Of a DNA stretch of 56,887 nt, positions 30,501-38,862 are shown piece after piece. Origin of the DNA: Candidatus Kaiserbacteria bacterium RIFCSPLOWO2_01_FULL_50_24 (GTDB lineage Bacteria > Patescibacteriota > Minisyncoccia > Phycocordibacterales > UBA2100); contig MFLU01000015.1 of assembly GCA_001783335.1 (NCBI GenBank), positions 1 to 56,887 on the forward strand, in the 5' to 3' direction. Under the pieces are notes generated by a model. The model did not search any database, had not been told where the DNA came from, and saw only the letters and a list, made by a program, of their open reading frames with translations. How positions within the stretch are numbered: the first letter of the stretch is position 1; every line of letters begins with the position of its first letter. Made by a program: the position numbers and the translations under genes.

Positions 30501-31945
30501 GCTATGTCTTCGGGATGGTCCCCGGCAAGCGATTTGTATATCACCTCGCGCTGGCTAGCGTTTCGCGCGTTTTCTATGTCGCGCCTAATTTCTTCTGCGG
30601 CCTTCTGCTTCAACAAGTTGAAAAACTCTTTTTTGTCATCCGGGATGAGCGCACTCATCTCTTCCAAAACCGAGAGGGACTTAGCGTCGTGGAATCGCTC
30701 AATAGACGCGTTGAACTCCTGTTTCTGCGCCTCATTCGTGCCCGCTTCTTCAAACTTTTGCTTCAGCCCCTCGGTCGCCTGCGCACGCACGCGCTCTAAT
30801 CCCGCGAACACCCCTTCCGATACGTTGTTTTCTATCTCCTTCAAGACGCGCACGTTCTCCAGCGTCCCTCCTATAAGGTGGCTAAGGAATTTTTCTTTTT
30901 GCTCGGGTGTGAATGTGGAAAGTCGCTCTTCGGTTTTTGCGAGCACTTCTTCTTTAATACCCGCTACCATATCGCGCACCTCGTCTGAAACCGGACGCAC
31001 TTCAAGCTCATTAATGACTTCAAGATGGCGCACCTCGCTGCCACCGACATCCTTTACAAAGTCCGCGAAGGTCGCTTTTTGCGATTCATCTGCCTGCTCA
31101 AGCTGAACTTGGAGCTTTGAGAGCACGTTGTCTCCCGCGTTTTGTATCGCACTTTTTGCCTCAAGCGGAACCCGTTCGGCAATCTCTTTAAGCACCTCGG
31201 CATTTTTGAAGTGCTTGAACTCCGAGCCGCTCTGCTCATCTAAGACCGACACGAGCTGTTCGGATATCGTGTCCGAATCGCCAAGGGCAAACACCGCGCC
31301 GAATGTTTGCGCGGTCGCGCCGCGCGCGTCTTGTATCGTGTCAAACGCCTCCGAGGAAAGCGACCCATCAAAGGTGCCGAGCACTTTGTGATATTTCGTT
31401 ACGATGTCAAGAACGCTGTTTGCAAGTTCTTCCCGTTTTTCATCGGATAACCCGGATGCTTCGCGCACTTCTTTGTCCACTTTTGCAAGTTCCAGTTCGT
31501 AGTTTAGAAGTGCGCGCACTATGGTGTCTTCGCTTATCCCCCCGCGCTCCGCGAGCTCTTTTGCCTCAAGAAGTTTTTCCGCGGCGAACTGCAGTTTTAA
31601 CTCCGCTTGCGCCGCGGGGTCAAAGGTGAACACGCTCGTTACGCCGCGCCGCAAACTCTTGAATATATAGAGCGGATTGTTCGGAAGAAAGCCGAGGTTT
31701 TCTATGCCAAAATCCGTCGGCTGGTAATTTTCGTCAAGATTTATTTTTTCTGCCACGTCCACCTCCTGCGCCGCGGCAACCGCGGCGGCAACCGAGAGGG
31801 CGCGCAAATACTGCGAGTCGTTTTCGTTAAACTGGAAAATACCCGCGTGAGCGAATTGAGGATTAAATAAAAACGCCGCGACAAACAAAAGCGCGGCCGT
31901 GGTTGATAATAAAAAAAATGAATCACCTGTTCGGATTATATACAT
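27557..31945 (-). CDS. Giant (1462 aa) secreted protein: helical N-terminal region and Cys/Ser/Thr-rich C-terminal repeat array
   Basis: Signal/TM 'FFLLSTTAALLFVAAFLFNPQFAHA'. At least 9 copies of 'C[PS]SGQ[YW]W[NDS]GS[SA]CV', 'CGNNMCEMGETTQSCPTDCG', and a 270-nt DNA super-repeat at the 3' end. Confidence 0.8.
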   Translation of the reverse strand: MYIIRTGDSFFLLSTTAALLFVAAFLFNPQFAHAGIFQFNENDSQYLRALSVAAAVAAAQEVDVAEKINLDENYQPTDFGIENLGFLPNNPLYIFKSLRRGVTSVFTFDPAAQAELKLQFAAEKLLEAKELAERGGISEDTIVRALLNYELELAKVDKEVREASGLSDEKREELANSVLDIVTKYHKVLGTFDGSLSSEAFDTIQDARGATAQTFGAVFALGDSDTISEQLVSVLDEQSGSEFKHFKNAEVLKEIAERVPLEAKSAIQNAGDNVLSKLQVQLEQADESQKATFADFVKDVGGSEVRHLEVINELEVRPVSDEVRDMVAGIKEEVLAKTEERLSTFTPEQKEKFLSHLIGGTLENVRVLKEIENNVSEGVFAGLERVRAQATEGLKQKFEEAGTNEAQKQEFNASIERFHDAKSLSVLEEMSALIPDDKKEFFNLLKQKAAEEIRRDIENARNASQREVIYKSLAGDHPEDIAALNSFGNDAGIAASMRGVLDGLRAAQYGRVEERVKNTTDANRLQQFEGEYQKYQTFFEDAPRSFDFSTIFSDRREVFESPDRALQNIDAAQAALTRLEGVIAKLPFDVGFEDGHFDPAIQEIERTRATAERKLSVARTSLEYRDIGRAYGEAQAALQIAENGLRMAEGYREGRREEKKAPNFLPDDYYAPAEEDGGSVARGFTIYNASEFSQLCSFTGGFLKSKVRCEFADGRSLEVPGGAFPFRVPAEFVPKMSERIQPQDGKQTPTGCPQLPATFSNFCVGGRILNQYDARGCQMTPRCEYERQIGGTQCRGYISESSCSSSGCVWYRDVQGGYCDDEAHGRVALPTDQIDMGYRLHPTDQTFCGGKEGYQCSAGYRCDLSASAGVGGYSKCVKGDAQITCQAYFTGWTYESSGGVGGQCVQKNASGCSNPFVYTTKEQCERGQTTDVRREGSSSWTQHPWKFSDGSESSSILDRTDAEYLDFIKSVEAQCMKIPKAKFAWKPGAGNDSATNWQNFGIPDCSGNADAAKCGNNMCEMGETTQSCPTDCGYTGGDTCGGYSTETSCKAVSGCSWTAVSGGSVYGGYCALTSTNWTPQCSDSKDNDGDGKVDYPADSGCYDKMDDMESDNVGGASGMQKCFYTNATKNSAYVGHTVWCESDYVNCRVGSSSGAAFSTSGVSLGAPSQCESGWSGGCGMYTSQSSCTGMSGCRWESNACMPVTTSSTSCPSGQWWNGSSCVTSTTGGSGDYGSCANYATQSSCTAGGANCKWYTSTGSGGTSYCYYQSTTSSTTSCPSGQWWNGTSCQTSTTTGGYEGPAGSSLCPSGQYWSGSACVTSSTTDYSSQQSSCASAGGTWDSGSNYCAMPSTTSGSSSCSSGQYWDGSSCVSSSTTSCSSGQYWNGSSCVTTSTTDCPSGQYWNGSSCVSSSTTDYSSMQSSCSSAGGTWDSGSNYCVMPSTTSSSSSCSSGQYWDGSACVPS

Positions 31946-32230
31946 AGGCGCACGAATAAATTATTAAAAATTAATAAGAGTATATGTATTGTACGCGTAC
32001 AGAGCGCATCATTAGAGCTTATCCACAGGGCTTGCCACACCTATGTTGGTGTGATGTTTCCATTGCCAACGTGGTGTCAGTTGTCAAAAAGCACGGTATG
32101 CTCGCTTGTCGTGATGCGAAGAAAATTCTCGCTAAAACACAAGCAATAACAGCAGCATAGGTGTGGGGGCTTGTGACCAGCATACTTATTTGCACCTAAG
32201 ACGCTTCACGTCGCACCTCATACATCGGCA

Positions 32231-32259
32231 TAATCCAAGAGGCGTCGCCTCTTGGATTA
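32231..32259. repeat. Hairpin 'taatccAagaggcgTcgcctctTggatta' (left boundary of the GC-rich island)
   Basis: Perfect palindrome. A related copy at 32873-32903 carries compensatory A/T swaps. Confidence 0.75.
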
Positions 32260-32306
32260 CTTTCTTATAATATCAAGGTCCGGCCTTGATAATGAATACG
32301 GAAAGC

Positions 32307-32335
32307 TTGACAAACGATACTCGCCGTGATAAGAT
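32307..32335 (+). promoter_or_regulatory. Sigma70-like promoter TTGACA-17-TAAGAT
   Basis: Consensus -35, 17-nt spacer, 4/6 -10. It lies 60 nt upstream of the ORF at 32396. Confidence 0.4.
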
Positions 32336-32395
32336 TAAGGATAGATTAAACAGCCCTATCCAAATGGTGGGACGGGAAAAGATGAGGAGACGACG

Positions 32396-32722
32396 ATGAA
32401 AAGGTTTCAGCTGGAAGACCGCGCCTCGAAAGGGACGGTGATCGAGGCGAAAATCTATGTGGAGCGTAAGGTGCTCCACATGAACCGGACCGCCACGCCG
32501 GCCTCCGTGAATCCGGCGACGGGCGCGGCGCGCCCGAATTGGAAGAAGGAACTGGATGAAGCGGAGGCGAAGCGCGTTGACGCGCTTCGCCTCCGACGCC
32601 GGAGTGGTGGCGCCGACATCGAGACCGGCCAGCGCGCCGCCAACCGGCGCCCGCGCCGTCCGCTCTCCGAAGCTGACCACGCGCGCCGCGCCGCCGCCCT
32701 CGCCACTGCAGCCACCGCGTAA
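32396..32722 (+). CDS. Hypothetical basic Ala/Arg/Pro-rich protein (108 aa) in a G+C-rich island
   Basis: GAGGAG SD 6 nt before the ATG, its own promoter-like motif, two downstream hairpins. No recognisable domain. Confidence 0.45.
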   Translation: MKRFQLEDRASKGTVIEAKIYVERKVLHMNRTATPASVNPATGAARPNWKKELDEAEAKRVDALRLRRRSGGADIETGQRAANRRPRRPLSEADHARRAAALATAATA

Positions 32723-32777
32723 CCTCAAGAACCGTCCTTACGGCTCTTGAGGAAGTAGCGTTCGTTGCGTAAAAGTA

Positions 32778-32816
32778 CCCCCTCGCCAAAGTATCGGCGA
32801 GGGGGATTGTTTTTTC
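32778..32816 (+). terminator. Strong intrinsic terminator
   Basis: 'ccccctcgcc'/'ggcgaggggg' followed by 'attgtttttt'. Confidence 0.75.
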
Positions 32817-32840
32817 ACATTTCACAACACTTTATACTAC

Positions 32841-32859
32841 TTGGGAGTTCAACTCCCAA
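32841..32859. repeat. TTGGGAGTT-N-AACTCCCAA palindrome (copy 2)
   Basis: 'ttgggagtt-c-aactcccaa'. Confidence 0.8.
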
Positions 32860-32872
32860 ATGATGCCCTGTG

Positions 32873-32903
32873 ACAATCCTAGAGGCGACGCCTCTAGGAT
32901 TGT
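32873..32903. repeat. Hairpin 'acaatccTagaggcgAcgcctctAggattgt' (right boundary of the GC-rich island)
   Basis: Perfect palindrome related to 32231-32259. Confidence 0.75.
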
Positions 32904-32955
32904 GCTGTACTGCCGTTCGGGGTAAGGCAAAGGTCGCCCTTAACGGAGCGCCCAC

Positions 32956-34221
32956 CTAGCAACCAGAGCCGACTATTTCTTTTCGGAGTTCAAGAATGGG
33001 CCGGATGGTGTTGAAACACGCGGAATCAATCTCTTCATTCTTTATGCACGTCGGCGGAGAAAGACGTAAGTATTCATAGCCGTCATGCCGATGCCCCGAT
33101 TTAACGAGAACATTCGGCTGGCGCCAGCCGCAAATCATCTCGTCACACAGCGGCCAAGCCAAGGGAATTCCATCGACCGCAACGGCAATGAGCGCGCCAC
33201 GATGCGTAACTTCCACCCCAGGAATACCTGCAAGGTTCTTCGCAAACCGCGCGCCAATCTCCATCGCGCGCTCCCCAACTTCGGGATGATCATGTAGATA
33301 GTCAAGCGTCGCAGACGCAGCCACACACCCACGCGGGTAGCCCCCAAAGGTGCTACCGTGCGTACCGGGCGTCAAAACCGACATAAATTCTTCGGTCCCC
33401 ACGAGCGCCGACACGGGAATCTCTCCTCCGCCCAACGCTTTGCCGAGGACTGTCGCATCGGGCCTGTATTTCTCTCCAAACTCCTGCCACGACATAAAAT
33501 ATCCACAACGATACAAGCTGTCCTGTATACCGTCCGTTCCAATATATACTCCACGCTCTCGCGCAAGTTCATGCACCTTCATGTAGGTACCGTCGTCAAA
33601 GAGTGGCCCGCCTTCCCCGCGGTGGATTTCCATAAAAATCCCGACGGTGTTTTCGTTGATTCTGCTCCGAACATCCTCAACGTCATGTTCCGCAACTACG
33701 ATACCCGCCACACGCGGCCCCTTTCCAAGCGACTGGCTCTGGTCAAACAGCGCGTTTGTGGAAAACGTGCGCGCCCGACCATGAAAGTAATCCTCAAACA
33801 AGATCACTTCCGGATACTCTATACCGCGATGATGCGCGTGCATCATGCACACGTCCACGAATGGCTCGGTGCTGGAGCGCCCATCTGACGCAGGGAGCAC
33901 CCTGTCAAAACCGGTCATCGCCCTAAGCTTCTCCACAAAATCTGCGTACTGTGTAGTGTAGACAACGCGCGAGCAATGCCCGACACACGCACGCTCGTAC
34001 TCTTTCTGCAAAGCGCGTATGGGCACCTTCCAGTTATGACCAATAAGAATTGAGGAGTATGCCGACAGAAGGTCGAGCACCTTATTCCCCTCCTTATCAT
34101 AAAGCCACGCGCCCACGGCGGCGTGCGCCACAAATTGGTAGGGGTTGTAGATACGCGCACTGTACTGATCAATCTTCTCTTTCGCGGCACTGCTTTCCGC
34201 GCCAAGAAGTCTGTGGGTCAT
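32956..34221 (-). CDS. Class-III PLP aminotransferase (ornithine/acetylornithine aminotransferase-like)
   Basis: 'LDLLSAYSSILIGH' and the PLP-Lys context 'ATVLGKALGGGEIPVSA'. Start at MTHRLLG with an AGGAGG SD. Confidence 0.85.
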   Translation of the reverse strand: MTHRLLGAESSAAKEKIDQYSARIYNPYQFVAHAAVGAWLYDKEGNKVLDLLSAYSSILIGHNWKVPIRALQKEYERACVGHCSRVVYTTQYADFVEKLRAMTGFDRVLPASDGRSSTEPFVDVCMMHAHHRGIEYPEVILFEDYFHGRARTFSTNALFDQSQSLGKGPRVAGIVVAEHDVEDVRSRINENTVGIFMEIHRGEGGPLFDDGTYMKVHELARERGVYIGTDGIQDSLYRCGYFMSWQEFGEKYRPDATVLGKALGGGEIPVSALVGTEEFMSVLTPGTHGSTFGGYPRGCVAASATLDYLHDHPEVGERAMEIGARFAKNLAGIPGVEVTHRGALIAVAVDGIPLAWPLCDEMICGWRQPNVLVKSGHRHDGYEYLRLSPPTCIKNEEIDSACFNTIRPILELRKEIVGSGC

Positions 34222-34286
34222 GTTCGCCTCCTTTTTGACCACTATTATCAAACTACTTTATACCACTCATGACCGAATATCACAAA

Positions 34287-34490
34287 TTAATTAAAAAGTA
34301 AAAATGAAAAGGTAAAAAGTACAGTTAAAAGTTAAAAATTACATCCCCATCGAGAGCACTCTTGATCCTAACTTTTAATTTTTCATGCCCCGTGCCAAAA
34401 TCTGCAAACGTGGTTTGAGCGCATAAAGAGGAATGGTGAGATTTTTGGTGCGGGGTCGTTTTTCATTTTTCGATTTTAGTTTTTAACTTA
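34287..34490 (+). repeat. AT-rich foldback element with conserved 68-nt core hairpin (copy 1, inverted copy at 44931-45140)
   Basis: About 200 nt aligns at roughly 90% identity to the reverse complement of 44931-45140. Core is at 34388-34455. Confidence 0.8.
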
Positions 34491-34564
34491 ATGTAATGGT
34501 GCGCCTGCTTGCCACTATTCACTACGGGGTCAACACCAGCACCTCTGGCTGATACAATGCATGC

Positions 34565-37222
34565 ATGCAAAATGTTTCCCTTCCGGCTGCCCCGTGGGCA
34601 TTGACGCCTGACGATGTGGCAAAGGCGCTTGAAACGAGCCGCGAGGGTCTCACCGAAAAAGAGGCCGAGGCGCGCTTAAAACACTTTGGTATGAATGCGC
34701 TTCCGCAAGGCAAAAAGCTCGACGCACTTGGTATTTTGGCACAGCAATTTAGAAGTCCCCTCATCTTCGTTCTCATCGCGGCAAGTGCCTTAACGATTGC
34801 GCTCGGCGAGTGGCTAGACACGGCGGTCATCGTTCTCACGATTTTCGTCAACGCGGGGCTCGGCTTTTACCAAGAGTTTCACGCAGAAAACGCGCTCCAA
34901 AAACTGAGCACCTATGTACGCGAGCGCACACGCGTTATACGCGATGAAATTGAACAGGAAATTGATTCGTCTCTTCTCGTTCCCGGCGATATACTCCGTC
35001 TTTCCTACGGCACACGCGTTCCCGCAGACGCGCGCGTGATAGAAAACAGCGGTTTGTCCGTTGATGAGTCAATTTTAACCGGCGAATCACTCCCCGTGGC
35101 AAAAAACGCTGATGTGATTTCTGAGGGTGCTCCGGTAGCCGAGCGCACCAACATGGTATTCGGCGGTACGCTCGTGGTAGAAGGATTCGCCACCGCCATC
35201 ACCTCGGCGACCGACGACCACATGGAGATAGGCCGCATTGCGGAATTGGTATCGGGAACATCACGCGAACGCACGCCCCTTCAATCGGCATTGTGGCGCC
35301 TCGCGTGGTTCATCTTTGGCGGACTCTTGATTCTCATCGCCGGTATTTTCATTCTCGGCATACTACGCGGAGAAGCGATACTGGAAATGCTCCTCATGGC
35401 GGCGGCAATATCCGTTGGCGCCATTCCATCGGCGCTCCCCATTGCACTCACCGTAATACTTGCAATGGGTGTCGTGCGCCTCGCGGCGCAAAAGGGCATC
35501 ATGCGTTCTCTCGCGGCGGCAGAAACACTCGGCAGTGCGACGGTCGTTATGACCGACAAGACAGGCACGCTCACGGAAGGAACCATGCGCCTCGTTGACG
35601 TACTCACTAAGGCGCGCCTCGTTCTACATAAAAAAGGAGAGGCATTGGGCGACAACGACGCGCGCTCTCCATCAGATACAACACATCTGAAGTGGCATAT
35701 GGGAGACGCTGAACGCGATATATTGGAGTCGGCAGTACTGGGAACCGACGTACTTATTGAAAATCCGTCTGAAAAACCAAGTGAATGGAAGTTCATAGGA
35801 CGTCCGCTTGAAACGAGTATTGTGGAGGCGGCACACCGGAGTGATATTGATGTCCGGCGCGATATGCGAAACCCCCCACTCTTGCCGTTCAGCTCCAGTC
35901 ATAAATTTTCCATTGTGTGCGGCCACGACGGAAAACACTGTATTGTGCTCGGCGCACCGGATGTATTGCTCGCACGATCCTCCATCTCAAAGGATGAGTA
36001 CATCGCGGCAATGAACGCCATACACGCGATAAGCGCGGAGGGCAAACGACTGGTCGGCGTTGCGAAGCTTCCGGAAGGCGCGACACACGCGCTCGTTAAA
36101 AAGGGCGTTGCAAAACCGGAAGACGCACAAGAGCTTTTGTTCCTCGGATTGCTCGTTATGCAAGACCCGGTGCGTAAGGAAGCGCGTGAAGCAATGGAAA
36201 AAATAGAGCACCTTGGCGCGCGCGTAGTGATGCTAACCGGCGATTTGAAGGGCACAGCAGAGGCTGTCGCACGTGAGCTTGGGTGGGAATTGAACGAGGG
36301 AAATACGCTCACGGGCGACGACTTGAAGCGGCTTTCCGACGAGGAGCTTTTGACGACTCTCCAAAACATCAAAATATTCGCTCGTGTAACGCCAGAGGAC
36401 AAATTACGCATCGGCTCGCTTTACAAAAAACAAGGCGAGGTCGTCGCCATGACTGGAGATGGCGTGAACGACGCGCCCTCTTTGAAGGCGGTTGATATCG
36501 GCATCGCGCTCGGGAGCGGCTCGGATGTGGCAAAAAGCACGAGCGACCTTGTGCTTTTGGACGACAACTTTAAAACCATTGTTGCCGCCATTGAAGAAGG
36601 GAGGCGCATACTTCAGAATATACGAAAATCGTTCACCTATTTGATGTCAAACTCACTTGACGAGGTGGCCTTGATAGGCGGAAGTTTGCTTGCGGGACTT
36701 CCCCTTCCCTTAACCGCGCTTCAGATAATCTGGGTCAACTTCATTACGGGGAGCTTGCCAGCCCTATCATTCGCGTTTGATAAGAACTTTGATGATAGTA
36801 AGAAACACGAACCGGTCTTGAACAGCGAGGTGCGATTTCTCACTATCGGCGTTGGTGTAGCAACGTCGGTACTCCTATTTATCCTGTACTGGGTATTGCT
36901 TCGCGCCGGCATAGCGCTTGAGGCGGCGCGTTCAATCATTTTCATATGCTTCGCGGCGTATATTCTTGTCGCGGCATACTCATTCAGGAGCTTACGCCGC
37001 CCGCTGTTCTCGTACCCAACGTTTGACAACAGGGCGCTAAACTGGAGCGTGGCGGCGGCAGGAGCACTCACAATACTGTCGGTCACGGCACCATTCCTCG
37101 GGTACGCGCTTGGAATCGCGATGCCGCGGATTGAGCTCCTATGGATAGTCGCCCTCTGGCTCGTCTTGAACGTCGCCGTTATTGAAGCGGCGAAGTGGGG
37201 ATTTAGAAAATTCAAAATGTAA
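34565..37222 (+). CDS. P-type cation-transporting ATPase (type II, Ca2+/Mg2+-like)
   Basis: 'DKTGTLT', 'TGDGVNDAPSLK', 'TGES', about 10 TM segments. Confidence 0.95.
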   Translation: MQNVSLPAAPWALTPDDVAKALETSREGLTEKEAEARLKHFGMNALPQGKKLDALGILAQQFRSPLIFVLIAASALTIALGEWLDTAVIVLTIFVNAGLGFYQEFHAENALQKLSTYVRERTRVIRDEIEQEIDSSLLVPGDILRLSYGTRVPADARVIENSGLSVDESILTGESLPVAKNADVISEGAPVAERTNMVFGGTLVVEGFATAITSATDDHMEIGRIAELVSGTSRERTPLQSALWRLAWFIFGGLLILIAGIFILGILRGEAILEMLLMAAAISVGAIPSALPIALTVILAMGVVRLAAQKGIMRSLAAAETLGSATVVMTDKTGTLTEGTMRLVDVLTKARLVLHKKGEALGDNDARSPSDTTHLKWHMGDAERDILESAVLGTDVLIENPSEKPSEWKFIGRPLETSIVEAAHRSDIDVRRDMRNPPLLPFSSSHKFSIVCGHDGKHCIVLGAPDVLLARSSISKDEYIAAMNAIHAISAEGKRLVGVAKLPEGATHALVKKGVAKPEDAQELLFLGLLVMQDPVRKEAREAMEKIEHLGARVVMLTGDLKGTAEAVARELGWELNEGNTLTGDDLKRLSDEELLTTLQNIKIFARVTPEDKLRIGSLYKKQGEVVAMTGDGVNDAPSLKAVDIGIALGSGSDVAKSTSDLVLLDDNFKTIVAAIEEGRRILQNIRKSFTYLMSNSLDEVALIGGSLLAGLPLPLTALQIIWVNFITGSLPALSFAFDKNFDDSKKHEPVLNSEVRFLTIGVGVATSVLLFILYWVLLRAGIALEAARSIIFICFAAYILVAAYSFRSLRRPLFSYPTFDNRALNWSVAAAGALTILSVTAPFLGYALGIAMPRIELLWIVALWLVLNVAVIEAAKWGFRKFKM

Positions 37223-37332
37223 ATATCAAAATGAAAAATGACAATGTAAAATTCAAAATAGTTTTCATTCGAACGATGGTGGATATTTTTACATTTTAAA
37301 TTGTGATTTTGAGTTTTAAATTTTTACATTTC
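37205..37332. repeat. AT-rich foldback element overlapping the ATPase stop codon
   Basis: Arms are built of 'aaaatgtaaa'/'tttacatttt' words around 'agttttcattcgaacgatggtgg'. Confidence 0.55.
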
Positions 37333-37350
37333 CACTTCTGACCAAAAACC

Positions 37351-37381
37351 AAAACGGTCCCAAAAAAACCGGGACCGTTTT
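37351..37381. terminator. Bidirectional terminator between the ATPase and SWIB genes
   Basis: 'aaaacggtccc'/'gggaccgtttt', with A/T runs on both sides. Confidence 0.7.
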
Positions 37382-37404
37382 GAAATTGCCTCGCACCCCG
37401 CCAC

Positions 37405-37659
37405 TTATGAGAGATGCTTAGATACCAAAGCGGTCATCTCAAACATGTTCACCTGCTCCTTTCCGCCGAATACCTTCTTAAGGTTGTCGTCGGCGTTGAT
37501 ATTGCGCCTGTTTTGCGCGTCCTGGAGCCCGTGCTCCTTGATGTACACCCACAGCTTCTTAACAACCTCCGAGCGGGGCATCGGCCCCGCGCCCACAACT
37601 GCCGCCAAATCGGCGCTCACGTTGAGGGGCTTCATAAATGCAGAATTTCCTTTTGCCAT
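37405..37659 (-). CDS. SWIB/MDM2 domain protein
   Basis: 'LAAVVGAGPMPRSEVVKKLWVYIKEHGLQD..NINADDNLKKVFG..VNMFEMTALVSKHL', which is the canonical SWIB pattern. Confidence 0.85.
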   Translation of the reverse strand: MAKGNSAFMKPLNVSADLAAVVGAGPMPRSEVVKKLWVYIKEHGLQDAQNRRNINADDNLKKVFGGKEQVNMFEMTALVSKHLS

Positions 37660-37895
37660 ATAACGTATTAATTATGCACACGCGATTAATTGCTAAAGTA
37701 TTACCTATTGTACCAGTTGCGCCCTAGGAGTACCAGAGCACTCCCACCTACTCTGTGGACAGCCCCTTAATACACAAATCTCAGAGGTCCGACCTATGGG
37801 AATACCCAGACACCACCACGAATTACGCATTTGCACGTTTGCCGTCTCGCAATGTATAGTAACTGACAGTCATATAGGGAAACGTGAGGTGAGCG

Positions 37896-38765
37896 ATGGC
37901 TGTAAGAACGCTAAAGAAAAGACGCCGCCTTGCGTCTCACGCCATGGGGCTCGAGCCGGAGCACGTAAAAGCGCTGTCAGGCGACTTTACGCTTGAGGAT
38001 GTACACGAGTACCGACTAAATAGAGCTCTCTACATCATTTATATCCAAACAAAAGATGTTGATCCGGAGAACGCGGAAGAGGTAAGTGAATCCGGCATAA
38101 CGCCGACGATGGCAAACCAATTTGCTCGCGGATTAAGTATTTTGAGCGGGCTTAATCCGGAAAGGCCAATACTTGCTGAGATGTCTACAGACGGCGGTGA
38201 GTGGGAAGCGGGAATACAAATGTTCGATTCCATTCTCGCCTGCCCAAATCCGGTAACTGTGCTGGCACACCGTTGGGCGCGCTCTATGTCGTCCATCGTC
38301 CCGCTCGCCGCGGATAAATTCGTTATGATGCCGGGCGCTAAATATATGTTCCATCACGGTACATATTCTTTCGGCGGACTGGAACAGGAGGCGGATACCG
38401 GCGACCTTGAGCGCCGCGAGGCGAAAGAAAGAATGCTTTTGCTGTATGTAACTCGTTTGCGCGAGCAAGGAGTATACAGCAAGTGGAGCGAACAGCGTAT
38501 AGTGAAAATGCTCGAGGAAAAAATTAAAGACCACGTTGATGTGTGGCTCTCCTCGCGCGAAGCGAGACGCTGGGGATTCGCCGACGATGTTTTCAACGGC
38601 AACTGGAGCACACTCCGCGCCGAAAAGCGGAACGAAAAGCGCCGCAAACGGATGCTTGAGGCACTTCACGAGAACATTAAAGTGGATGTGCGCGTTTCGT
38701 CGCGCTTGCGCACCCGCGAGCGTACAAAAAGAGCACCGGATACTTCAAAGCCACCATCGGATTAA
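37896..38765 (+). CDS. ClpP/S14-like serine peptidase family protein with a basic C-terminal tail
   Basis: 'ARSMSSIVPLAADKFVMMPGAKYMFHHG' parallels the ClpP Ser/His regions. GAGGTGA SD. Confidence 0.55.
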   Translation: MAVRTLKKRRRLASHAMGLEPEHVKALSGDFTLEDVHEYRLNRALYIIYIQTKDVDPENAEEVSESGITPTMANQFARGLSILSGLNPERPILAEMSTDGGEWEAGIQMFDSILACPNPVTVLAHRWARSMSSIVPLAADKFVMMPGAKYMFHHGTYSFGGLEQEADTGDLERREAKERMLLLYVTRLREQGVYSKWSEQRIVKMLEEKIKDHVDVWLSSREARRWGFADDVFNGNWSTLRAEKRNEKRRKRMLEALHENIKVDVRVSSRLRTRERTKRAPDTSKPPSD

Positions 38766-38786
38766 ATGATGGTGGCGTTTTTTTTC
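38751..38786 (+). terminator. Intrinsic terminator overlapping the ClpP-like stop codon
   Basis: 'ccaccatc'/'gatggtgg' followed by 'cgtttttttt'. Confidence 0.6.
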
Positions 38787-38820
38787 TATAAAATATACAA
38801 CACATCGCCCAACCCCCGTT

Positions 38821-38841
38821 CTTGGGAGTTGAACTCCCAAG
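38821..38841. repeat. TTGGGAGTT-N-AACTCCCAA palindrome (copy 3)
   Basis: 'cttgggagtt-g-aactcccaag', just upstream of uppP. Confidence 0.8.
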
Positions 38842-38862
38842 ATAATGCTACACTCTATAGGC

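Noticed and set aside
32019-32027. Perfect DnaA box 'ttatccaca' (a near-match 'atatccaca' lies at 3722-3730)
   Set aside because: These are isolated single boxes with no cluster and no adjacent dnaA/dnaN, so there is no evidence for an origin.
32273-32825. 151- and 159-aa minus-strand ORFs across the G+C-rich island
   Set aside because: Stop-free frames are expected in DNA of this composition. Only the plus-strand ORF has promoter, SD and terminator signals.
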